Source: Candidatus Heimdallarchaeota archaeon
GTDB taxonomy: Archaea; Asgardarchaeota; Heimdallarchaeia; JABLTI01
Reading direction: 5' to 3'
Assembly (NCBI GenBank): GCA_019058275.1
Contig: JAHLVW010000053.1
Location: 24,424-88,423 of the forward strand
Length of the DNA: 64,000 nucleotides
Numbering within the stretch: the stretch's first letter is position 1; each line of letters begins with the position of its first letter. A program made the translations under genes and the position numbers. The notes beneath the pieces are model-generated. The model made no database searches. It was not told the DNA's origin and saw only the letters and a program-made list of their open reading frames with translations. Below, piece after piece: positions 38,332 to 47,651 of this stretch.

Positions 38332-39114
38332 TTGTTAGAGTCTAGATTGATTCATACAAGAAAAGAACTATTCCTTTTTGTATTTTTGATACTTTTCTCT
38401 ATAATTACTCTACATCATAATTTAAATTCTAATACTCAATTTAATGATGCAAAATATGAAAATAATGTTATGCCAATTTATGTTAATCCAGAAGATGGAA
38501 CAGGCGGAGATGCAGGGGACAGTTTTCAAGATGCTATGCTAGTAAATGAAGGGACGATTCTAGGATCATTTGAAAGCGGGGATGAAGATGACTATTATAC
38601 ATTTACAGCATTTAATGGTGATGCAGTAAAAATTAATCTAACTGCTGATTCATTGACTGATTTTGATTTGATGTTATATGAACCAAGTACAGATCAAAGA
38701 AGTTCAAGCATGAGACCAGATTCAATTGAATTTATTATATCTAATATAGACAAAACAGGTGACTGGTATGTTCGTGTAAGAAGATATTCAGGTTATGGAA
38801 ATTATACATTAACATTGGATTTATTTGATACTTTTGCAACTCCCCAAACAACCACTTCAGAATTGTCAAACGGCTTAACAAAATTTATTTGGATTATAGC
38901 AACCATAATTCCACTAATTTTTATAGGTGCGATAATAGTTTTCATGAGACGTAAAAAGCAAGAAGAAAGAGAAACCACACCTATTTCATATACTCAAGAT
39001 GAACCTGAAATTGATGATATAACAATACTTGAAGAACCAGAGATTAAATCAGATGATACAAAAGAAGATATTTATCGTGGATATTCTTTTGGATTAGATG
39101 AGGAAGAAATCTGA
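38332..39114 (+). CDS. Type-I membrane protein with extracellular PPC domain, paralogue 2
   Basis: DAGDSFQDAM...SGDEDDYYTFTA...TDFDLMLYEP...GDWYVRV, a TPQTTT linker, a TM helix, an acidic tail and C-terminal RGYSFGLDEEEI. TTG start. Confidence 0.7.
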   Translation: MLESRLIHTRKELFLFVFLILFSIITLHHNLNSNTQFNDAKYENNVMPIYVNPEDGTGGDAGDSFQDAMLVNEGTILGSFESGDEDDYYTFTAFNGDAVKINLTADSLTDFDLMLYEPSTDQRSSSMRPDSIEFIISNIDKTGDWYVRVRRYSGYGNYTLTLDLFDTFATPQTTTSELSNGLTKFIWIIATIIPLIFIGAIIVFMRRKKQEERETTPISYTQDEPEIDDITILEEPEIKSDDTKEDIYRGYSFGLDEEEI

Positions 39115-39172
39115 AGGCAAAAAACTGATAAAAACTCGTTCGTTTATTTACTCATAAGGAGGATTAAGTAAG

Positions 39173-39490
39173 TTGTTTGTTGTATGTGTAACTGTTAATG
39201 TGAAAGAAGAATATCTAGATGAATTTATCAAAGCTACTTTAGAGAATGCTAAAAATACTCGCGAAGAACCTTTGAATTTTCGATTTGATGTTCTTCAATG
39301 TCTAGATGATCTAAATAGATTCTTTCTTTATGAGGTTTATAAGAATGAAGAAGGGATGTTTGCTCACAAAGAAACTGACCATTACAAAAAATGGCGAGAG
39401 ATTGTTGCACAAATGATGGTAAAACCTCGAGAGGGAATTAAACACAAGAATATTTTCCCAACAACAGAAGAAGCATTTATTGCCAAATAA
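39173..39490 (+). CDS. ABM-domain (antibiotic biosynthesis monooxygenase-like) protein
   Basis: 105 aa. VTVNVKEEYLDEFIKATLENAKNTREEPLNFRFDVLQ...FFLYEVYKNEEGMFAHKETDHYKKW is a typical ABM/YgiN pattern. Confidence 0.8.
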   Translation: MFVVCVTVNVKEEYLDEFIKATLENAKNTREEPLNFRFDVLQCLDDLNRFFLYEVYKNEEGMFAHKETDHYKKWREIVAQMMVKPREGIKHKNIFPTTEEAFIAK

Positions 39491-39546
39491 ACAAAAATCG
39501 GTTGTGATGTAGGCTGTCTGAAGATATTTCTTTTGAATTTTTAAAT

Positions 39547-40704
39547 TTGCCATATATTCATTTTGGTAAAGGTACTATTGAAAAAATTGGAAATATTCTT
39601 ACGACCTATGGGTCAAAAATTCTAATTGTTGCAAGTAAAAGCGTGTTAAATCAATCATTAGTAGAATCTAAATTGGAACAAATTTCAACTGAACATAAAA
39701 TTGTCTTTGAAAATATCATCATTCAAGGTGAACCGGACGTAGAGCAAATTGACCAAGGTTTAGATAAGGGTAGAAACCACAAATCACAAGCTGTAATTGG
39801 ATTAGGAGGAGGAAGTGCAATTGATGCTGGAAAAGCTATTGCAGGATTGCTAACAAATGGTGGTTCAGCAATAGATTATATGGAAGTAGTTGGTAAGGGA
39901 AAGAAAATAACAAAACAATCTCTGCCATATATTGCAGTACCTACAACTGCTGGAACTGGTAGCGAAGTAACCAAGAATGCAGTTATACTATCAAAAAATG
40001 ATGGTGTAAAGGCAAGTATTCGAAGTCCGTTATTAGTTCCAAAAACTGCTATTATTGACCCATTACTAATGGCTAGTGCACCGAAAGATGTGACAGCAAG
40101 TTGTGGACTTGATGCATTAACACAATTGATAGAAGCCTATACATCAATTAAAGCACAACCTTTAACTGATGCTTTAGCAATACAAGGTATTGAGTGTGCT
40201 TCAAAATCATTGTTGTTTGCTTTTGAGGATGGGAATGATATATCTGCGAGAAAAGATATGGCTTATGCTTCACTTCTAAGTGGTATTTGTTTAGCAAATG
40301 CAGGACTTGGTGCTGTGCATGGTTTTGCTTCACCGGTAGGTGGTATGTTTTCAATTCCTCATGGAGTAATTTGTGCTGCACTTTTGGCTCCGGTAATAGA
40401 AGAGAATATTCGAAATATGATAAGCCAAGTTCCATTCAGCGAAGCACTAACAAAATACAATAGAATTGGTGAAATAGTTAGTAATCTAATTTTTGAGGAT
40501 ATTAGAGAAGGTGCAAGTAGAGTAATTGAATATACGCAGAATATAACAAAACTGCTTAAAATACCTAAACTATCAAAATATGGGTTAGCTGAAAAGGATT
40601 TTGATAAGATTATTGAAATGGCAAAGCTATCATCTAGCATGAGATATAATCGAGTTGTATTATCAGATGAGTCTTTATATCGAATTCTCAAAAAAACATT
40701 ATAA
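39547..40704 (+). CDS. Iron-containing alcohol dehydrogenase
   Basis: GLGGGSAIDAGKAIA, VPTTAGTGSEVT and a His-rich metal site (GAVHGFASP...PHG). TTG start. Confidence 0.9.
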   Translation: MPYIHFGKGTIEKIGNILTTYGSKILIVASKSVLNQSLVESKLEQISTEHKIVFENIIIQGEPDVEQIDQGLDKGRNHKSQAVIGLGGGSAIDAGKAIAGLLTNGGSAIDYMEVVGKGKKITKQSLPYIAVPTTAGTGSEVTKNAVILSKNDGVKASIRSPLLVPKTAIIDPLLMASAPKDVTASCGLDALTQLIEAYTSIKAQPLTDALAIQGIECASKSLLFAFEDGNDISARKDMAYASLLSGICLANAGLGAVHGFASPVGGMFSIPHGVICAALLAPVIEENIRNMISQVPFSEALTKYNRIGEIVSNLIFEDIREGASRVIEYTQNITKLLKIPKLSKYGLAEKDFDKIIEMAKLSSSMRYNRVVLSDESLYRILKKTL

Positions 40705-40816
40705 TTTTCCTAAAGAATAGTGCTTATAATCTAGCATACGAAAACTACTTTAATCGACAAAATATAGAAGGTTAGATTTGGCATTAATATAGTTTTTATA
40801 AACAGGAGATTCATCA

Positions 40817-42115
40817 ATGTATTACCATCGAACTGGTAATTTTCCCAAGAAGATTTTGGCATCACCTAATGATAATTTGAATTATCTATTACGATGTGGA
40901 ACAGATCAGCAAATTAACTTCATATTTCAATTAGATGGACAAGTTGATGCAGAACGTATGAAAAAAGCAGTTAGATTAACACTTGATGCGGAACCTGTTT
41001 TAGGATGCAGATTTGTAAAGGATCGTAGGAAAACATATTGGGAAAGAAGAGATGATATTGATGGTTTAAATTATTTTGAAGTTATCGAGACAACTAAAGT
41101 AGAAAATGAGTTAAATAAATTTATTTTAAGTCAAATTGATCCCAGTCTTGATTCCATCATTCAAGTTAAGATATTTCGCTCAGAGAAAGATACTCTCATG
41201 ATAAAATCTGATCATAGTGTTATGGATGGTGGAGGATTTTACGATTATCTTACTTTGCTGTGTGATATATACAATAAACTGACAGAAAATCCTAGCTATA
41301 ATGTTCAACCAAATATCCAAGCATCTCGAGGATTAAAGCAAGTATTAAAACATTATAGTTTCAGAAAGAAAATGTGTTCATTACTACGTGAAAGAGGATA
41401 TACGCCTACTTGGTCATTTCCATCGATTGGAAATGGTCGAACAAAAAAGACTTTCACATTAAGAAAAATATCACCTGAAAGATTCGATAATATCAAACAA
41501 TATGGTAAACAACGCAATGCTTCTTTAAACGATATGTTTCTTACAGCTGTTTTCAGAGCATTATTTGCTATAAATAAACCTCATAAAAACAAGCCAATGA
41601 CTATTGCTGTACCAACTGATTTATGGTGTTTGATGCCAACTAAAAAGGCAGAAACAATTACAAATTTAGTTTCAACAACTTTTGCATCAACAAAATATGA
41701 CCCAACAATAACTTTTGATGAAATGTTGAAAGATATTAGCAAGCAAATGAAGAAGAAGAAAGACATATATTTGGGACTTGGTCAAACATTTGTTCTCAAT
41801 AACTTGTTTAGACTAAGATATTCATGGATTGAGAAATTACAGAAAGGAATATTCAAAATGGTTTATAAAAGCGGAAAGATGCACCCTATAGTTACCAATG
41901 TGGGAATGGTAGACGCGAAAAAGAGACATTTTGCTGAAGTAAATGTTGAAGATGGTTACATAATAACTCCAGTTAATTGGGCAACATCATTTAGTATGGG
42001 AATAAGCTCTTTCAACAAACGAATAACTATGAGTATAGCATTCTGCGAAGATTCATATGACAAACGAACTATAGAACTCTTTCTAGATCTTATTATGAGT
42101 GAATTTCCTGAGTAA
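40817..42115 (+). CDS. Condensation-domain/WS-DGAT-like acyltransferase
   Basis: 432 aa with the HHxxxDG-type motif written SDHSVMDGGGF at about residue 132. Size and motif position fit the C-domain/PapA5/wax-synthase superfamily. Confidence 0.6.
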   Translation: MYYHRTGNFPKKILASPNDNLNYLLRCGTDQQINFIFQLDGQVDAERMKKAVRLTLDAEPVLGCRFVKDRRKTYWERRDDIDGLNYFEVIETTKVENELNKFILSQIDPSLDSIIQVKIFRSEKDTLMIKSDHSVMDGGGFYDYLTLLCDIYNKLTENPSYNVQPNIQASRGLKQVLKHYSFRKKMCSLLRERGYTPTWSFPSIGNGRTKKTFTLRKISPERFDNIKQYGKQRNASLNDMFLTAVFRALFAINKPHKNKPMTIAVPTDLWCLMPTKKAETITNLVSTTFASTKYDPTITFDEMLKDISKQMKKKKDIYLGLGQTFVLNNLFRLRYSWIEKLQKGIFKMVYKSGKMHPIVTNVGMVDAKKRHFAEVNVEDGYIITPVNWATSFSMGISSFNKRITMSIAFCEDSYDKRTIELFLDLIMSEFPE

Positions 42116-42174
42116 GTAGAAGATCTAAATGAAATGTGAAGAGAAAATAATCTCTTCAAAACTTGATTTGAAAA

Positions 42175-43974
42175 TTATTGATTAGCACCAATTTTTCTTT
42201 TATTAATAAAAATAAAACATCCACCAATTAACGAAATAATTCCAAGAATAATTGGAAAATTGATACCAACTAAAATGGACGGTTCTAATGGCACATCATA
42301 TCCTGCTAATCGCAAATAGTTTTTAGCTGTAGTAATAGAGTAGTTGTAAGGTTCAAGTGATTCATCGAAAATTGTTGCAGTTTTAGGACAGGGTGTAACA
42401 CCTGGACTACCTAAACCTAGTAATATCTCATCAGCAATTATTTGTCTTGGAATACAGTGAGACATTGCTTTTCTAACATAATTAGCTGATTTTGGACCAG
42501 CAATTGGACACAGTTCTCCTGTCCCTAGGATGGGATGTTCCATGTTTATTGCTATTTCTTTAGTACGAGCTTCGTCTATTAACGAATAACTAGTTCCAGA
42601 TGGTATTTCATATAGTTGAGCTTGGAATTGTGCATCAACCATGTCAAGGACTCCTGCTGCTAGTGCTGAGAGAGCACCTTCTTTATTGGACCAAAATTCA
42701 AAATAAATATCATTAAAATAGGGAACATCACCAGACCAATCATCAAAGAAATCATTCCTTTCAAGATGGATAACCTCACTTGTAAAATTAAATTCAACAA
42801 AAGAATAAGGACCTGCACCAATTAACTTCTCTGGATTGCTTATCGCCCAAGTAGAAGCTTGAGTTTTATGATCTGCTGGATTCACTTCTTCCCAAATATG
42901 TTTAGGTAAAATAGGTAGTGTAAGATGGTTATTTTGAAAAATATATTGCTGCAAAAACTTAATTTTCACATGAAATTCATCAATTATGGAAACTGATTCA
43001 TTGCTAATGTAAACACAATAATCATCATAATAATGACTGCATATATCAATATCAGCAAATAATTCATAACTATATTTAACATCTGAAGCATTTAAGACAT
43101 GTCCATCTGCAAACTTTGCATTTGGATTAATATAAACATCATAGGTAATTCCATCAGAGCTACTTATGGAAGAAGCTAGTCTTGGAGCATGACTCCTATT
43201 GTAAGGAGCTAATGGATTTCTCTCGACTAAACCAGTATAAATCTGATTTAGCCATTGAGCATCATGATCTGATTGATATAAGTAAATATGAAAATCCTCA
43301 AAATCAGATGGAATTGCTTCTGACCCGGTATAGACCAGTTCTCCATCGATTGGAAATCCTCATTCCAAAGTAAAATATCCCAACTTGTTGTATCAAAATT
43401 AATATCATGAGGAATGAGATCAATTGGATATACTATTGAAATTGCTGGAAGATCTTCATAAAGTATCTTTTGTATTTCTTTACCCCAATAATCTTGATTT
43501 TCAAAATTAATGGATTGAGTATAATTACCAATAGCACAATCCATAGCATGATTTGAATACTGATAAAAATTATCACCATTAGGAGTTATTGATTGTGAGT
43601 CAAAAAATCCTAATGGACTCCAATCCCCAACCCCAACCAACAAATAGAACATCATAACCGCCCTCCATATAGGTTGGAATAGGATATGGTCCCGGATACC
43701 CCCAAGATCGAGGACTGATTTGAGACCAACTAGTGTGATCAAAGACATCGATACCGATTCCAGCTTTTGGCCATTGTTCAACCATCATGGTAGCCCATTG
43801 ATTTCTAGCTGGACTAGTATTAGGAGCTAAAACACTGATATAAAATAATGGTTCAATCTCTACTTCTTCAGCGGTAGTCAATTCTGAATTAAGAAATGGC
43901 AAAAATCCTAAACAAAAACCCAAAATGAAAAATACTAAAAACCTGTTCCTTTCAATCATATTATTCCCCCACAA
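42175..43974 (-). pseudogene. ABC transporter substrate-binding protein, family 5 (peptide/nickel type), two compensating frameshifts
   Basis: Signal peptide, SBP-5-like body and C-terminal TM anchor. The homologous reading (versus 56985-58780) changes frame near 43624-43637 (G-run) and near 43317-43323, so the outer segments share one frame. Confidence 0.8.
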
Positions 43975-44019
43975 TTCTTATTATAATATCTAATATTTCT
44001 TTTTCGTTTATTTTGTTAA

Positions 44020-45006
44020 TTAATTTTTATGGTTAGAATCTTGAACATACTTTTGAAGACCTTCTGGAACCTTTTTTTCATCAATATCCTTGTTTTTCCA
44101 AATGATTTTCTCCAAAGGATTATTTGCTAAATTAAATTCTTGGAGATTTTCACATTCAATTAGCGGAGTGATATCAACTTCTGTAAGGTTATTATTTGTG
44201 AGCCAAAAATCTTCTAATTCTTGACATTTTTTCAAAGGTCCAAGATCAATAGTTTCTAGTTTATTTTCTTCTAAGTAGAGATTCCTCAGATTCTTCCAAT
44301 TTTTAATTGGAGATAAATCTATAGTTTTGAGTTTATTCCCCCTTAATGAAAACCATCTTAGGTTTTCAAGATGTTCCAGCGGTTTTAGGTTTATATTTTC
44401 AAATTTATTATCAGCCAACCATAGCTCTTCTAGATTTGTACATTCTCTAATTGGTTCTAAATCGATACTGGAAAGATGGTCATTTTCCAGATAGAGATTA
44501 CGTAATTTCGAACTTTTCCTAAATGGGGATAAGTCAATTCTTTGAAGCTTATTACCTGATATCGAAAACCAATTCAATTCTAAGCAACTTTCCAAAGGTG
44601 TTAAATCAGTAGGTAGCAGCTCATTATATTCAAGATTGATTCTTTCAAGATTTGAGCATTCTTTTAGCGGATATAAATCAATTGAAGTGAATTTATTGAA
44701 ATCCAAACATAATTCCATTAGTTTTTTACAGCTTTTCAAAGGTGATAGGTCGACTGATTTCAGCTTATTGTTGTCTATATACAACTCCTTTAAATTAGTG
44801 CATTTTCTAAGTGGATATAAATCAAGTTCGGTATAGTGATTTGTTGAAAGCATTAGGTGTTTGAGTTTTTTACACTTTTCAAGTGGAGAAAGTTCAATAG
44901 ATTTCAATTCATTATAAACTATTACTATTTTCTCAACATCTTCTTCAAATTCGTATTTTCGTTTTTCACCCTTGAGATTCTCAGCTTCTATTATCACTAA
45001 TGACAA
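44020..45006 (-). CDS. Leucine-rich repeat protein (about 12 tandem 24-residue LRRs)
   Basis: Repeats of the type LKELYIDNNKLKSVDLSPLKSCKK / LMELCLDFNKFTSIDLYPLKECSN, giving a 72-nt periodicity in the DNA. TTG start. Confidence 0.85.
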   Translation of the reverse strand: MSLVIIEAENLKGEKRKYEFEEDVEKIVIVYNELKSIELSPLEKCKKLKHLMLSTNHYTELDLYPLRKCTNLKELYIDNNKLKSVDLSPLKSCKKLMELCLDFNKFTSIDLYPLKECSNLERINLEYNELLPTDLTPLESCLELNWFSISGNKLQRIDLSPFRKSSKLRNLYLENDHLSSIDLEPIRECTNLEELWLADNKFENINLKPLEHLENLRWFSLRGNKLKTIDLSPIKNWKNLRNLYLEENKLETIDLGPLKKCQELEDFWLTNNNLTEVDITPLIECENLQEFNLANNPLEKIIWKNKDIDEKKVPEGLQKYVQDSNHKN

Positions 45007-45116
45007 GCATCCTGCTGTTAATAATAGGTCTAAATGGAGATAAGAGAATAATTGTTTTTCTCTAATGGTTCATTTCCATAGAAAGAAGTCTGTTTTTTAT
45101 CTCTCAAATCTTTTTC

Positions 45117-45815
45117 TTATTTATTTTGAAAAACTAAACAATAGCTGTGATCATAACCATAACCAAAAGTTCCATCAACACGCCAAGGTTCTGATTGACC
45201 ATCTACAGTATCACTCTCTCGAAATTCCCAAATAATAATTACTTCACCAACAAAATGCAATACTTTGGTGATAGATTTGCCTACATCCCATGCTAACGTA
45301 GTGATAATACCTTCCTTGTTTTTCAGATTAGCAATATCAAGAACAATGTAAGAATCTGGTTTCATCTTATCCTTGACTTGGGAATAGATCTTTTGATAAT
45401 CAAGTAGATATTGCTGATAACTTCCATCCGATTCATATGCATTGTATGGATTTTCTTTATGATCTTTCATTGTAAAAGGTGGAGATCCATAACAAAAATC
45501 GCATTTTGGAATGTTATACTCGACTAATTTTGTAGAGTCTCCAAGAATTATATTATCTTTATGTTTGAGATTTTCCTTAATGTAGCTATAACGTTCTTTG
45601 GTAATTTCAACACCGAATGGAATCCTCTCGTTCTCTTCAGCAACAAATAAAGTTGTTCCTAGTCCTGCAAAAATATCTAGAACTCTATCACCCTTTTTTG
45701 TAAAATTCTTTATGAAGTATTCAACGAGGTTTTCTGGAGAACGATTATCATCACCCTGGAATTTTTTAGGGAGAATTCTATTCTTCATTTTGGGTAGAAT
45801 CAAATAAGTTTTCAT
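45117..45815 (-). CDS. Small N6/N4 DNA-methylase-like SAM methyltransferase with motif I before motif IV
   Basis: RSPENLVEYFIKNFTKKGDRVLDIFAGLGTT..FGVEI (motif I region), followed about 55 aa later by GSPPF (D/SPPY/F motif IV). Confidence 0.7.
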   Translation of the reverse strand: MKTYLILPKMKNRILPKKFQGDDNRSPENLVEYFIKNFTKKGDRVLDIFAGLGTTLFVAEENERIPFGVEITKERYSYIKENLKHKDNIILGDSTKLVEYNIPKCDFCYGSPPFTMKDHKENPYNAYESDGSYQQYLLDYQKIYSQVKDKMKPDSYIVLDIANLKNKEGIITTLAWDVGKSITKVLHFVGEVIIIWEFRESDTVDGQSEPWRVDGTFGYGYDHSYCLVFQNK

Positions 45816-45954
45816 CGGTATAACTAAGTTAGACTACAAAAGGAAAAATCTTTCCTTTTTCATAGAAAAGGATTCTTTAGAACGATTTCTATTTTTGATA
45901 CTTAGAACCAATGAATCAATTATTCCAACCAAAATGTCAACATATTAGTTACTG

Positions 45955-47067
45955 TTAAAGCACTTTTAACGGATTAACCTTTCTTTTGAAGGCTTTCCTT
46001 AACATCCAAGAAGTTAATCCTTTTGGAGGTTTCTTATTATCTTCAGATTTTCTTGGAATTAAGATCAAAGCATCTTCAGGACAAACAATTGCACAAGCAC
46101 CACAACCAACGCATTTGTCATCTACAACACATTTTCCATCAATGATTTCTAGTGCATTGAATTGACATCGTTCAATGCATTCACCGCAGCCAATACAAGA
46201 GTCATCATCAATATTTATTATATAATCAGAATTAACAAATGCATTAGGATGATCAAATTCTGTCAAAGCTCGAAGAACACCACAACAACATGAACAACAA
46301 TTACAAATATAGAAATGGCCAGATGCAATATTCATTGTTGTATGGATTAAACCTGCTTCTCTAGCTTCTTTTAAAACTTCAAGTGCTTCATCTATGGTAA
46401 TTGCTTTTGAGTGTGGATTATCATCATATTTGTTTTCTGTATCTGAAAAGGATAAACAGACATTCATTGGATATTTACAATGATTATCAATTAGTCTCTG
46501 CTGTTTTCGGCAAATACAATCTCTTATTCCCCAACTTTTAGCTTTTCGGACCATATCCTCTGCTTTGCTATAAGAATGAATTTTCAGATCAGATTGAATG
46601 ACTTTTTCAATAGGCACAACTCGATGGATAGCAGGTTGAGACCTTGAAAGTATTGCTCCATTACTTTTTTGACAATACTCTTCAAAGAGCTGAGCAAAAT
46701 CTGCATCCATTCGATCAATCTGCTCTTCATAGATACCCACTACAAAAGGCAATAAACCATATTTCTTCCCTCTCTTAGTTTTAATAACACGTATTTGACC
46801 TTTCTTATACATGGTTTCAATCTTTTGAGCTAATTCTTCACGAGGTATTTTCAATCGCTTGGACATTCTCTCAATTGTTTGACCTGTAAGCTTCATTCTA
46901 CTTACTATTTCCGCTTCATCAGGTTCAAAAATCCATTCCAACACCTTTAAATGAGTTCCATCTTCTGTTGTTGGAAAACCATTTGGAATCTTGTTAAGTG
47001 TCTTAGCTAATTTTGCATATGAATCAGCAGTACTTTTGATTGCTTCAGTCATTGTAAGATATTCCAA
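45955..47067 (-). CDS. wHTH-like N-terminal domain fused to a Cys-rich/4Fe-4S dicluster domain protein
   Basis: CICRKQQ..C, YICNCCSCCCG, then two ferredoxin motifs CIGCGECIERC and CVGCGACAIVCP. Confidence 0.7.
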   Translation of the reverse strand: MEYLTMTEAIKSTADSYAKLAKTLNKIPNGFPTTEDGTHLKVLEWIFEPDEAEIVSRMKLTGQTIERMSKRLKIPREELAQKIETMYKKGQIRVIKTKRGKKYGLLPFVVGIYEEQIDRMDADFAQLFEEYCQKSNGAILSRSQPAIHRVVPIEKVIQSDLKIHSYSKAEDMVRKAKSWGIRDCICRKQQRLIDNHCKYPMNVCLSFSDTENKYDDNPHSKAITIDEALEVLKEAREAGLIHTTMNIASGHFYICNCCSCCCGVLRALTEFDHPNAFVNSDYIINIDDDSCIGCGECIERCQFNALEIIDGKCVVDDKCVGCGACAIVCPEDALILIPRKSEDNKKPPKGLTSWMLRKAFKRKVNPLKVL

Positions 47068-47153
47068 GCAATTTGTAATGGTTGGATTTCAATATCATTT
47101 GAATTTAAGTAACTACCGATTAACAAAATGAAATCTTTGGAAAAAGGTCTGAT

Positions 47154-47600
47154 TTATAGATTAAGCTCAAACTCTATTTCATCAGGTTCTCCATCTTCTC
47201 GATATCGAAGAACCTTTCCATTTTCTTTGAATCCCTTACTCTCAATTAAATTTCGCATTACAACATTTTCTACAACAATACTTGTTCGAGCAGTTTTTAG
47301 TCGACCATCTTTTCGTAAAATATCGAGTACTAATTCCATTGCTCTTTTCCCATAACCTCTACCTTGATAACGAATATCTATCATTAATCGCCAGATGTCG
47401 TAATCCTCAAGATCATAAGCAATTAACCCAACTGCTTTATTGTCAACATACACTCCTTTAGCAATTTTCTCTTCTTTGAATTGCATTTGAGCGATTGTAT
47501 AGAGGTTAGAAGCAACGAACTGCTCTTGTTCTTGGTCAACATGTAAAGAAACCAGCTCTTCGAAATTCTCTCGAGTAATATCCCTAAGAACAACTGACAT
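47154..47600 (-). CDS. GNAT-family N-acetyltransferase
   Basis: IDIRYQGRGYGKRAMELVLD (acetyl-CoA binding Q/RxxGxG/A motif). 148 aa. Confidence 0.85.
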   Translation of the reverse strand: MSVVLRDITRENFEELVSLHVDQEQEQFVASNLYTIAQMQFKEEKIAKGVYVDNKAVGLIAYDLEDYDIWRLMIDIRYQGRGYGKRAMELVLDILRKDGRLKTARTSIVVENVVMRNLIESKGFKENGKVLRYREDGEPDEIEFELNL

Positions 47601-47651
47601 GATAGTTACCTCTAATTATTACTAATTTTTTTTAATCAAAATAATTTCTCT

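Noticed and set aside
44020-45006. Regular 72-nt periodic repeat that could be mistaken for a CRISPR-like or satellite array
   Set aside because: It lies entirely within one open reading frame and translates into canonical leucine-rich repeats. There are no unique spacers.
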